Positions 1 through 8,273 of a DNA stretch of 64,000 nucleotides are shown piece after piece. Source of the stretch: Candidatus Hydrothermarchaeales archaeon (GTDB lineage: Archaea > Hydrothermarchaeota > Hydrothermarchaeia > Hydrothermarchaeales > JAZGAD01); NCBI GenBank assembly GCA_036444275.1, contig JAZGAD010000053.1, positions 1-64,000 of the forward strand, in the 5' to 3' direction. Both the position numbers and the translations under genes were made by a program. Below the pieces are notes generated by a model. The model was given only the letters and a program-made list of their open reading frames with translations, did not search any database and was not told where the DNA came from. Each line of letters opens with the position of its first letter. Position 1 is the first letter of the stretch.

Positions 1-96
1 ATTGTCGAATACTCTTACTGTATGCTTTTTTTCCAGCAGGTATTCTACTAGGTTGGCTCCTATGAATCCGCAGCCGCCTGTTATCAAAACCTTCAT
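1..96 (-). CDS. NAD-dependent epimerase/dehydratase, 5' part only (runs off window)
   Basis: Manual translation from ATG at 96: MKVLITGGCGFIGANLVEYLLEKKHTVRVFDN (GxxGxxG Rossmann motif). Confidence 0.85.
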   Translation of the reverse strand, partial: MKVLITGGCGFIGANLVEYLLEKKHTVRVFDN

Positions 97-147
97 GATT
101 TTCCCTCGCAATATTCCATACCATATCTTTTAAATCTCTATTTTTAT

Positions 148-293
148 CGTCCGATACCGTCCGATAGAGACACCTGACAGGATATAACAAGTTTGTGGTC
201 CAGAACCTCTTCTTTCAATTATACCTTTCGTGCCATAATCGTGCCGTTCATATCAACTCAAGATTGACGCATTTTTTGACGCTTTTTTGACGC
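148..293. repeat. Three stacked sets of short direct repeats with 10-12 bp period
   Basis: cgtccgata at 148 and 158; tcgtgcc at 228 and 239; ttgacgc at 264, 276 and 287. Confidence 0.8.
170..228 (-). pseudogene. Orphan C-terminal wing of a wHTH domain
   Basis: Reads KGIIERRGSGPQTCYILSG, paralleling LGIFTRVGRGKRELRYILL of the adjacent gene and LGFIERSGVGRAIKYRI of the Fic gene. Confidence 0.55.
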
Positions 294-1661
294 ATTTTGC
301 ATCGAAAGTAAAATATACCTTAACTCTCTTTTACCCCTACCAACCCTGGTGAAAATACCTAATTTGACAAGTTTTGCTAAATCCCGTGCAGCAGTATATC
401 TGGTTGTATTGTTCAATTTTTGATATTCTCCACTCGTTATAGAACCGCTCTTTTTTACATACTCTACTGCCTTTATCTGTCTTTTATTTAAGCCAAGTTT
501 TTCTAGATCCTCTAAGAAAGGAGGTAATCTAAAAATCACAACAAGAGCACCAGTAATATGTTTAAAATCTGGTTCAAGAATTTCCCACTCTCTACATAGA
601 CTTATCATATCCAAGGTCCCACCCCCGACATCCTCTACATATTTTACCCAAAATAATTGCTTAAACAAAAGAGGATTACGAGGGATTGATCTATGTTCTC
701 TTTTTAAATCCTCAACAGTTATTCCCTCAGGTAGCAAACCAGGACTCCAAACTTCAATTCTGTTGTCAAAGATTCTAACTTGGACCTTTGAGGGGGATTC
801 ATAATCTCTATGAACTACGGCATTTACTATTGCCTCTCTTATTGCATTTGGTGGATATTCATATTTCTCCTCTCTTTGAATTTGCTCGGGAACAAGCCAT
901 ATGGCTTTTCTAATGTTTCTAAGAACAAAGTCTTCTGCCCCATTTACCAAATCGAAAACAGTTCCCTCCATGCTTGCAAAATCGATGTATGGCTTAACCG
1001 GCTCATTTCCAGAAAATCGTATGCACTTTATTTCACATTGTAAAAACATTGGTTCTTCTGAAAACAAAAGTAAAGTTGCGTGAGTTAATTTTCCATTCCT
1101 CAATAGTTTTAATCTCGTCAGAATTTCTTTTATCGGCAACTCCGCAGATAATTTCAGACCTCTCTGCCTCTTAGCTTCTTTCACAAACCATCTAACTTTC
1201 TCTTCATCAATATCCTCCAACCCCGCCCCCTCGCACACCTGCTCGTCCCAATACGCTTTCGTGCTCTCTTTGGCAAGCGCCCTTATCTCGCTTGCGGATA
1301 AACGGTGCTTGGATTTTCCCACTCTCTTGAAGGCTTTGCCCTTGAAAAACACCGGCTTCTCACTGCTCTCCGAAACCTCGACAACGACGATGTCCTTATC
1401 GCCGACTTTTTCAACAATGATGGAAGGAAAAACCTGGTTGTCGGTATTTCTCTTGACGTAGTTCGCCAGCTCCTCCAGGGTATTCTCTCCCACATTAATG
1501 CCTAGGATTTTGCCGGGATCAGAGACGCCGACAACGATGGTGCCGCCGTGAGCGTTGGAGAAGGCTGATATCGCCTCGCCTATCTCATCTTTCAATTGCA
1601 GTGATTTTTTGAATTCCAGAGTTTCGGATTCTTTCTGCCCGACCACTTCTTCGATATTCAT
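258..1661 (-). CDS. Schlafen/AlbA_2 DNA-binding domain + RecG-C-like (HATPase_c_4) + C-terminal wHTH protein
   Basis: ESETLEFK and AFSNAHGGTIVVGV (AlbA_2); REAIVNAVVHRDY, SPG and PRNP motifs; terminal wHTH. Confidence 0.85.
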   Translation of the reverse strand: MNIEEVVGQKESETLEFKKSLQLKDEIGEAISAFSNAHGGTIVVGVSDPGKILGINVGENTLEELANYVKRNTDNQVFPSIIVEKVGDKDIVVVEVSESSEKPVFFKGKAFKRVGKSKHRLSASEIRALAKESTKAYWDEQVCEGAGLEDIDEEKVRWFVKEAKRQRGLKLSAELPIKEILTRLKLLRNGKLTHATLLLFSEEPMFLQCEIKCIRFSGNEPVKPYIDFASMEGTVFDLVNGAEDFVLRNIRKAIWLVPEQIQREEKYEYPPNAIREAIVNAVVHRDYESPSKVQVRIFDNRIEVWSPGLLPEGITVEDLKREHRSIPRNPLLFKQLFWVKYVEDVGGGTLDMISLCREWEILEPDFKHITGALVVIFRLPPFLEDLEKLGLNKRQIKAVEYVKKSGSITSGEYQKLNNTTRYTAARDLAKLVKLGIFTRVGRGKRELRYILLSMQNASKKRQKMRQS

Positions 1662-1718
1662 TTCATCTCACTTTCGCGGTCTCAGGATATAAAGGTGCAG
1701 GAATTACGTCAAGCTTCG

Positions 1719-2549
1719 TTATAGCTCTTTCGCTTTATCCCACAGAGCTTCGAAATAGAGAGTCAAAGCACTTGCCATGTTCTCGTTTTCTGTTATTCCA
1801 ATCTCTTTCTGAAAGGGCAGAAGCTTCCCTTCATCAACCGAAAAAATGGCAATACGAGAATCAACAATGGTGCCTCTGAGAGGCATATCCTCAGCGAACC
1901 TGAATTCAACGTTTTCCATACCCTCAAGGACTTTAACAACCTCATCTTGTATCTTATCACTCCCGCCCCTAAGCTTTCCAGGATCCAACAACAGAACCTT
2001 AACCTTCACACCCCTCTGGACAGCCTTTTCAATCTCAGATATCACCCTCGGCAGATACTCGAAGACACCAGTTAATACCGATATCCCTTTTACAGCAGAA
2101 CCGTAAGCCCTCTTCGTCTCCACCTCAGATATCTCTCCAGCCGGGATTATCTCCATGAAACCCTTCGTAGCTACCCTCGTCTCACCCTTTCCGTATAGAG
2201 CATGTAACCCCTCGATCAATCCATCCTTTGCCTCAGTGAGCAGAATCAATTCCCTTTCACTCTTTTCCTTCTTCCACTTCAACATGTTCTCTAACCCTTT
2301 GTTTGGAGGAAGCGCAGCATATTTGATAGGCCTGCCAGGTTTTTTCCTTACCACTCCCATCTCAAGTAGCTCGTCCAATATCTGGTATATCCTAGCCTTT
2401 GGGACATCGACTAGGTCAACCAGCTCAGGTGCCTTTGTCTCTGAAAGAGCAAGCAATCCAGCGTAGACTTTCGCTTGGTACGCACTAAAACCCAATTTGA
2501 GTAGATTCCTCACAGCTCTATCAAGTCCTTCCTTCCTTATTTTAATCAC
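1719..2549 (-). CDS. TrmB-family transcriptional regulator
   Basis: LGFSAYQAKVY...VPKARIYQIL HTH; C-terminal PLD-like sensor (RGVKVKVLL, IVD, FEALW). Confidence 0.9.
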   Translation of the reverse strand: MIKIRKEGLDRAVRNLLKLGFSAYQAKVYAGLLALSETKAPELVDLVDVPKARIYQILDELLEMGVVRKKPGRPIKYAALPPNKGLENMLKWKKEKSERELILLTEAKDGLIEGLHALYGKGETRVATKGFMEIIPAGEISEVETKRAYGSAVKGISVLTGVFEYLPRVISEIEKAVQRGVKVKVLLLDPGKLRGGSDKIQDEVVKVLEGMENVEFRFAEDMPLRGTIVDSRIAIFSVDEGKLLPFQKEIGITENENMASALTLYFEALWDKAKEL

Positions 2550-2570
2550 CTTTTACAAATGAAACGAAAG

Positions 2571-2611
2571 CTATATATTTATATATAAAGGTTACTTATA
2601 TTTTGAGTAAC
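2571..2611. promoter_or_regulatory. Bidirectional TATA tract plus palindromic operator candidate
   Basis: ctatatatttatatataaag (2571-2590) followed by GTTACTtA-N5-TgAGTAAC (2591-2611). Confidence 0.6.
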
Positions 2612-2630
2612 TATCGAAGAAGGATATGAG

Positions 2631-3905
2631 TTGAGAAAAATGGGAAGGATTGTTATTGTAGGACTGGACGGTGTTCCTTACCGGCTGATGGAGGACTTGT
2701 CTGAGAGGGGAGTGATGCCGAACTTCCAGAGCCTTAAAAAGGAAGGAATTTTTAGAAAAATGCAGTCCACTATTCCAGAAGTTTCTTCCACAGCCTGGAG
2801 CTCTATTATTACTGGAAAGAACCCAGGGGAGCATGGAATCTTTGGGTTTATGGAGTTGATAGAAGGTACTTATACCATGTCTTTTCCTGATTTTAGGAAC
2901 TTGAAGGCAAAGCCTTTCTGGCAGATGGATGGCAAGAGGTCTGTTATAATGAATGTGCCCTCAACATATCCTGCAGGCGAGATGAATGGGTTTATTGTTT
3001 CTGGTTTTATTTCCCTGGATCTGGAGAAAGCTACTTACCCCAAGCAGTATGTTGAAAAGTTGAAGGCCCTTGACTACAGGATAGATGTTGATTCCCATAA
3101 GTGGTACAAGTCTCAGGACCTTTTTGTAAGAGAATTGTTTGATACGCTGGAGAGGAGAGTAGACGCGTACAGGTACTTTTGGAATGAATTTAGATGGGAC
3201 TTGTTCATGTTGGTATTCACAGGTACTGACAGACTTGGGCATTTTCTGTGGGATGCATATGAAGAGTCGGACCATAAGTATCACGATAAGGTTATAGAAT
3301 TCTTCGGGAGGATAGACGAGGTTATCGGGGAGATAGTTGAGAGATTAGGGGAAGGGGATTCACTTTTGATGCTCTCTGATCATGGTTTCGAGAGGGTGAA
3401 GACAAATGTCAATGTCAATACTTTGTTGATGGAAAATGGATTTCTAGAGCTCGAAGAGGCCCAGGAAAAGAACTACACCAACATTAAAGAGGGTACGAAG
3501 GCATTTGCCCTTGAACCTGCCAGGATATATCTGAATAAGAAGGGAAAGTATCCAAGGGGCAGCGTTGAGAAAGAGGATGAAGAGAGTATTCTACAGGAGC
3601 TGTCAGAACTCTTTAGGGCCCTTGAAAAGGATGATAAAAAAGTCGTTAAGAAGGTGTATAGAAAAGACGAAATATACTCGGGAGAGTATTTGGAAAAGGC
3701 ACCGGATCTAGTGCTTCTAGGGGAGCCGGGTTTTAATCTGAGAGCTGGTCTAGACAAAGACACGCTTTTCGAGCAGGACCATTTCAAGGGAAAGCACACA
3801 CAGGATGATGCTTTCCTTTTCGTGAAAGCTCATAATGCTGAAGAAGCGGTTCCGGAGGAACCGAGCGTAACAGATGTAGTAGGAATACTTAGGAGAATGA
3901 GGTGA
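2631..3905 (+). CDS. Alkaline phosphatase superfamily protein (type I phosphodiesterase/nucleotide pyrophosphatase)
   Basis: GLDG, AWSSIITGKNPGEHGIFGF, TDRLGH, SDHGF, GKH motifs. Confidence 0.85.
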   Translation: MRKMGRIVIVGLDGVPYRLMEDLSERGVMPNFQSLKKEGIFRKMQSTIPEVSSTAWSSIITGKNPGEHGIFGFMELIEGTYTMSFPDFRNLKAKPFWQMDGKRSVIMNVPSTYPAGEMNGFIVSGFISLDLEKATYPKQYVEKLKALDYRIDVDSHKWYKSQDLFVRELFDTLERRVDAYRYFWNEFRWDLFMLVFTGTDRLGHFLWDAYEESDHKYHDKVIEFFGRIDEVIGEIVERLGEGDSLLMLSDHGFERVKTNVNVNTLLMENGFLELEEAQEKNYTNIKEGTKAFALEPARIYLNKKGKYPRGSVEKEDEESILQELSELFRALEKDDKKVVKKVYRKDEIYSGEYLEKAPDLVLLGEPGFNLRAGLDKDTLFEQDHFKGKHTQDDAFLFVKAHNAEEAVPEEPSVTDVVGILRRMR

Positions 3906-3909
3906 GAAT

Positions 3910-5478
3910 ATGGAGGCGCATAATGCTAAAAAGACTTGTTGGAATTGCCCTGCCGCGAAGTTCAAGGGGAATGTAGATTTCAGGGCGTGCGGACAGTCTA
4001 AGGAGGAGATAAGGGAAAAGCAGAAGCATGGACAGATAATGATAGAATGCGAGAGACGACAAGAGCTGGGACATTTTGAGCCTTCTATCACCTTTGAGCA
4101 GTGTCCAGAGTGGGAGCTTATGGAGTATGGGTATATGCTCAAGGACATGCGGATTATGATTTTGGGTATTGACGGCTATTTGGGATGGACCCTTGCCCTG
4201 AAACTTGGAAGCCTGGGATGCAAGGTCAGCGGTATAGATAACTACAGTAGAAGAGATAATGTAATGGAAAAAGGATCCCATACCGTGGTGCCTATTGAGA
4301 GGATGACGGATAGACTGCATATTGCGAGAAAGGTTCTCGGTATCGATATCGATTTCAGGAAGATCGATATAACTGACAGAGAAAAGCTCAGGGAATTTCT
4401 GGAGGAGGTTAAGCCAGAGGCGATAGTGCACTACGCCGAGAATCCTAGTGCTCCGTATAGCATGGTTGACGCAGATCACGCTATAAAGGTACAGAGAAAC
4501 AATGTCCTAGGCACGTTAGGGCTTTTGTTTTTGATAAGGGATATCGTTCCTGAGACGTGCTTGATAAAGCTCGGGACGCTAGGGGAGTATGGAAGTCCCC
4601 TGACGGGGAGGCCTCTTTTCGAAGGAATATTCCCTGCTGATGCTGTATTGAAATGGGATGATAGAGAGTGGAGCCTGGGCGGAGAGCTAACCCCGAGAGA
4701 TCCTGTCAGTTTTTATCATGTTAGTAAGGTGCAGGATACCTTCAATGTTTACGAGGCCTGTAAGTACTGGTGGCTCAGGTCCTACGATGTAATGCAGGGA
4801 GTCATATTTGGAGTTCATACCGATCAAGTTGCGGCAGACGAGCGGCTGAGGACTAGATTTGACATTGACGAGTGGTTTGGAACCGTAATTAACAGGATGG
4901 TCTCCCAGGCTGTTATTGGGATCCCGTTGACAATCTACGGCAAAGGGGAGCAGGCCCGCGGTCTTATAGCTCTTGAAGATGCCATGGAGTGCATGCTTCG
5001 ATTGATAATTTCTCCCCCAGAGCCCGGACAATACGATGTTGTTAACCAGGTTTCCAGCGTACATAAGGTGGGCGAGCTGGCCGAGACTGTTGCAAAGGTG
5101 GCTGAGGAAAAGTTTGGTTTGGATGTTAAGATACAGAGGCTTGAAAATCCGAGGGTCGAGGCTGAGGAGCATCCACTTGAAGTTGTCTCCAGAAAACTGC
5201 CAAACAAGTTTGGATTCAATGCAAAGGTGAGTCTTGAAAAGGAAGTAACGAGGATGTTCAAGTTGCTTACAAAGCCTGAGATAGCTGCAAGGATAAAGGA
5301 GAAGGAGCATGTTATAATGCCAAAAACGAGATGGAGTGGTGAGAAGAAGGAGTCGGATGTTCTCGAGATCTATGAACCCGGGACAAAGGAGATAGAGGGC
5401 TACAAACCAGTTTTGCGGACTGGAGCAAAGCAAAAGCAGGTAGAAAGCCCTAGGCCTGTGTTGAGGACTGAGGAGTAA
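3910..5478 (+). CDS. sqdB: UDP-sulfoquinovose synthase (SqdB/Agl3) with Cys-rich N-terminal extension
   Basis: GIDGYLGW, PSAPYSM, KLGTLGEYG, SFYHVSKVQD, TRFD..FGTVINR, ENPRVEAEEH; SD gaggtg upstream. Confidence 0.88.
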   Translation: MEAHNAKKTCWNCPAAKFKGNVDFRACGQSKEEIREKQKHGQIMIECERRQELGHFEPSITFEQCPEWELMEYGYMLKDMRIMILGIDGYLGWTLALKLGSLGCKVSGIDNYSRRDNVMEKGSHTVVPIERMTDRLHIARKVLGIDIDFRKIDITDREKLREFLEEVKPEAIVHYAENPSAPYSMVDADHAIKVQRNNVLGTLGLLFLIRDIVPETCLIKLGTLGEYGSPLTGRPLFEGIFPADAVLKWDDREWSLGGELTPRDPVSFYHVSKVQDTFNVYEACKYWWLRSYDVMQGVIFGVHTDQVAADERLRTRFDIDEWFGTVINRMVSQAVIGIPLTIYGKGEQARGLIALEDAMECMLRLIISPPEPGQYDVVNQVSSVHKVGELAETVAKVAEEKFGLDVKIQRLENPRVEAEEHPLEVVSRKLPNKFGFNAKVSLEKEVTRMFKLLTKPEIAARIKEKEHVIMPKTRWSGEKKESDVLEIYEPGTKEIEGYKPVLRTGAKQKQVESPRPVLRTEE

Positions 5479-5789
5479 TGGAATTCACAGAACAAAACTT
5501 TGAGAAGGAAGTGTTAAACTCAAATATTCCTGTTATGGTTGACTTCTGGGGGTCCTGGTGCCCGCCTTGCAAGATGATGGAACCGCTTGTCGATCAGTTG
5601 AAGGAGGAGTATAATGGCAGGGTGAAGATTGGAAAGATTAACGTGGATAGGAATCAGACCATTCCAAGAAGGTATAATATTGCAGGGGTGCCGACTTTTA
5701 TATTGTTCAAGAGAGGAAAAGAAGTTGACAGGAAAATAGGAGCTGTGTCAATAGAGGCTATGAGAAAATTTATTGAGGTGGTGCTTTAG
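5478..5789 (+). CDS. trxA: Thioredoxin
   Basis: WCPPC active site, GVPTF; overlaps the sqdB stop codon. Confidence 0.9.
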   Translation: MEFTEQNFEKEVLNSNIPVMVDFWGSWCPPCKMMEPLVDQLKEEYNGRVKIGKINVDRNQTIPRRYNIAGVPTFILFKRGKEVDRKIGAVSIEAMRKFIEVVL

Positions 5790-5804
5790 CCGGATAAAAT
5801 TGTT

Positions 5805-5916
5805 TCACATGTACCCAAGGTCTCTCAGCCTCTTCATGATGCCTTCCCTGTGCTGTCGTCTCCCAGCCCTTTCAACGGTGTTTTCCAAGTCCTGCTCCCA
5901 AGCCGGGAGATCAGAC
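5805..5916 (-). repeat. Displaced 3' end of the CysD-like gene (direct repeat of 6368-6479)
   Basis: 112 bp, 10 mismatches by manual alignment; encodes SDLPAWEQDLENTVERAGRRQHREGIMKRLRDLGYM*. Confidence 0.9.
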
Positions 5917-5986
5917 AGAGGAACATGCTAATGCCCCCAAAAGTTAATATGTTCCCAAGGCCGAGAACAAATAGGAGTATACCATT

Positions 5987-6196
5987 ATGGAAGAAGTTGT
6001 TGTAAAGGAGCTCCGAGAGATTAAAACCATGATCTCTGGCCTCTCAGACATCCTGCTAAAAGTTTTGGACATGGAAATAGAGCCAGTATTAAAAGATGAG
6101 ATCTCGGATGAAGAAAAAAAGGTTATACAGAGTATCGCAAGTGGGAAAGAAAAATTACTAACTAAAGAAGAGCTTGAAAGATATCTGTCAGAGTAG
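5987..6196 (+). CDS. Small acidic protein, probable antitoxin of a RelE-type pair
   Basis: 69 aa, EISDEEKKVI...LLTKEELERYL; own BRE/TATA (aaaagttaatat near 5939) and SD aggag. Confidence 0.6.
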   Translation: MEEVVVKELREIKTMISGLSDILLKVLDMEIEPVLKDEISDEEKKVIQSIASGKEKLLTKEELERYLSE

Positions 6197-6367
6197 CGCA
6201 GAATAAGAGATAATTTTTCCACATAGCGCAATTTGACTAGTTAGGATAAGGAAGGTGGAGAGGAAAAGGGGTGGAGGAGGAAGTCGAGGGCAAGGGAGAG
6301 GGTATAAAGCTCGTTATAATGAGCGAGGAAAGCGCTCTAGAATGCCGTGATAACCATCTTCTAAACA

Positions 6368-7213
6368 TCACATATAGCCCAGGTCTCTCAGCCTCTTCAT
6401 AATGCCTTCCTTGTCCTGTCGTCTCCCAGCCCTTTCAACTGTGTTCTCCAAGTCTTGCTCCCAAGCCGGAAGATCAGACGTCTTAGTAGTAGTGCCTTTG
6501 GCACCCAGTGAGCGATAGCCCTTGGCATATAAACTGGCGGTGGGAATATCATGCTTCTTCAACGCATCCCACACCTCCCTCTCAGTAAAGTGAAGTATTG
6601 GATGCACCCGCACGTGCATCGGTTCATCCCTAGGGCTGAAATAGGTTTCGTCACGCCTCGCCTCCTGCTCGTCCCACCTTATACCCGTGAACACCGCCTC
6701 AACATTCCTGCTAGAAAGGAAGTTGTTCATCGCGACAGTCTTCATCAAGTGATTGCCCACATAGCTCTCCGGTTCGAAGGGGAAAGACTTCTCAGTAAAA
6801 CCCAGCTTGGCCAGCTCAGCTCTATTCACCTCGTCCAGCCTATCCACATATACGATGTCACCCACCTCTTTAGCCTGCCTCAACACGTCCTCGTTCTTCA
6901 CCTCAGTGAACTTGAGGCCCCACTTCTCAGCTATCTCGTAGACGAAACTTACTACTTCCTCGAACACATGCCCCTCGTTGATAAACATAAGCTCCGGAAC
7001 CTCTACGCCTCTTTCTTTACAGACATCTCTTATCATCCAGAGCATCAATGTACTATCCTTCCCACCGGTGTATGCTATAATGCTATTATCTCCATACTTT
7101 TCCAGGCCTTCGGTTATAACTTCCTTGGACTTCTCCACCTTTTCCTCTAAACTCAAATTCATCAGTGCTTCATCCATTCTGTCACCTGCTATTACTTTTA
7201 GCTCAACAACCAT
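6368..7213 (-). CDS. PAPS reductase/CysD family protein, most like sulfate adenylyltransferase subunit 2
   Basis: PP-loop TGGKDS, GIRWDE..R, RVHPILHFTE, GYRSLG, ERAGR.QDKE...RLRDLGYM; no ECG(I/L)H and no Fe-S cysteines. Confidence 0.8.
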   Translation of the reverse strand: MVVELKVIAGDRMDEALMNLSLEEKVEKSKEVITEGLEKYGDNSIIAYTGGKDSTLMLWMIRDVCKERGVEVPELMFINEGHVFEEVVSFVYEIAEKWGLKFTEVKNEDVLRQAKEVGDIVYVDRLDEVNRAELAKLGFTEKSFPFEPESYVGNHLMKTVAMNNFLSSRNVEAVFTGIRWDEQEARRDETYFSPRDEPMHVRVHPILHFTEREVWDALKKHDIPTASLYAKGYRSLGAKGTTTKTSDLPAWEQDLENTVERAGRRQDKEGIMKRLRDLGYM

Positions 7214-7345
7214 CCATTTCCATGTAGAGTGGGGAATAAAACCTTTTCCATCAAGCCACTTTACAAGCCGAAAGTCAGTCAGAGAACACTATTTTCCTCG
7301 TTCAAAAACGATGATAGTGATTTACAATTAACATCGAAAAGCCAA

Positions 7346-7741
7346 CTACCGACTCGACTTCATAGTCGCTAGTTTCTCCTTATAGCTTTTATAATAGCCG
7401 CCGGTTATCCTGTGCTTTTGATCACTCCACTGTTTTCTATAATAATAGAAATACTCTGATATCCCAGGTTCTTCGCCATAGAGAACTAAATAGTCACTCA
7501 TCGTGGATGCCTTTAGCTTAAGTGGCAGAAGCTCAAATATTCTTATATCATATACAGGCTTAGCTTTCCCTATAAAGCTCTTCAAAAGCTCTAAGTTTTT
7601 GCCGCGATCTTTAATCCTGGTTATCACCGCAACATCTATATCCGACCCCCCTCTGAACTCTCCGGTTACATAGGAACCATAGAGGATCACTTCGTAATCC
7701 TTCAAGAACTTGAGGTTTCCTTTGATTTTTTCCAAGTTCAT
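7346..7741 (-). CDS. Minimal nucleotidyltransferase (MNT antitoxin)
   Basis: LYGSY...SDIDVAV motif. Confidence 0.85.
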   Translation of the reverse strand: MNLEKIKGNLKFLKDYEVILYGSYVTGEFRGGSDIDVAVITRIKDRGKNLELLKSFIGKAKPVYDIRIFELLPLKLKASTMSDYLVLYGEEPGISEYFYYYRKQWSDQKHRITGGYYKSYKEKLATMKSSR

Positions 7742-8133
7742 TTTAAAAACCCTTCCACAACCTCTACAAAATCATAGAGAGTTTTCTTAACCTCGCTAAC
7801 AGAACTTAATGCTACTTCATCGTCCACCTTGTTGTATCTATGAACAAGATAATTTCTCAAACCATTGCACTTTTTCAGCTTTCCAGAGAGCTCTCTTGTT
7901 ATTGTTCTAGATTCCTCTAGAGCTTCTATGTTTGCGTAGTCGTCTTCAATTTTTTTCCCAAGATCCTTTAGAATCATTGCCACTAAATCCATTGCAGCCT
8001 CTATAGATGTATGGAGCTTATAGAATACCCCGCTGATTTCGAGATCACGTTTAGGTTCTTCTGGTATAGACTCCAAGCTGCTTACAATAAAATCTATTTT
8101 ATCCTTGTATCTGATTACTCTTTTTTCTTTCAT
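7738..8133 (-). CDS. HEPN (DUF86) toxin
   Basis: GLRNYLVHRY R-X4-H motif; ATGA overlap with MNT. Confidence 0.85.
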   Translation of the reverse strand: MKEKRVIRYKDKIDFIVSSLESIPEEPKRDLEISGVFYKLHTSIEAAMDLVAMILKDLGKKIEDDYANIEALEESRTITRELSGKLKKCNGLRNYLVHRYNKVDDEVALSSVSEVKKTLYDFVEVVEGFLK

Positions 8134-8273
8134 ACGAATCCTTGCTAGTATTCTAAGGGTTCATGATTAATAAAGCTTAATCAGAGGTAAAATCAATTCA
8201 GGCACCTGTTTCCCGTCCTTTATCACCGAAATCATAGTTACACCTGCATATACCCCGGCTCGCTCATCCATAT

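Noticed and set aside
6244-6310. Purine/G-rich tract as a G-quadruplex or intact RelE toxin gene
   Set aside because: No start codon or convincing toxin ORF; may be a degraded toxin end or low-quality sequence
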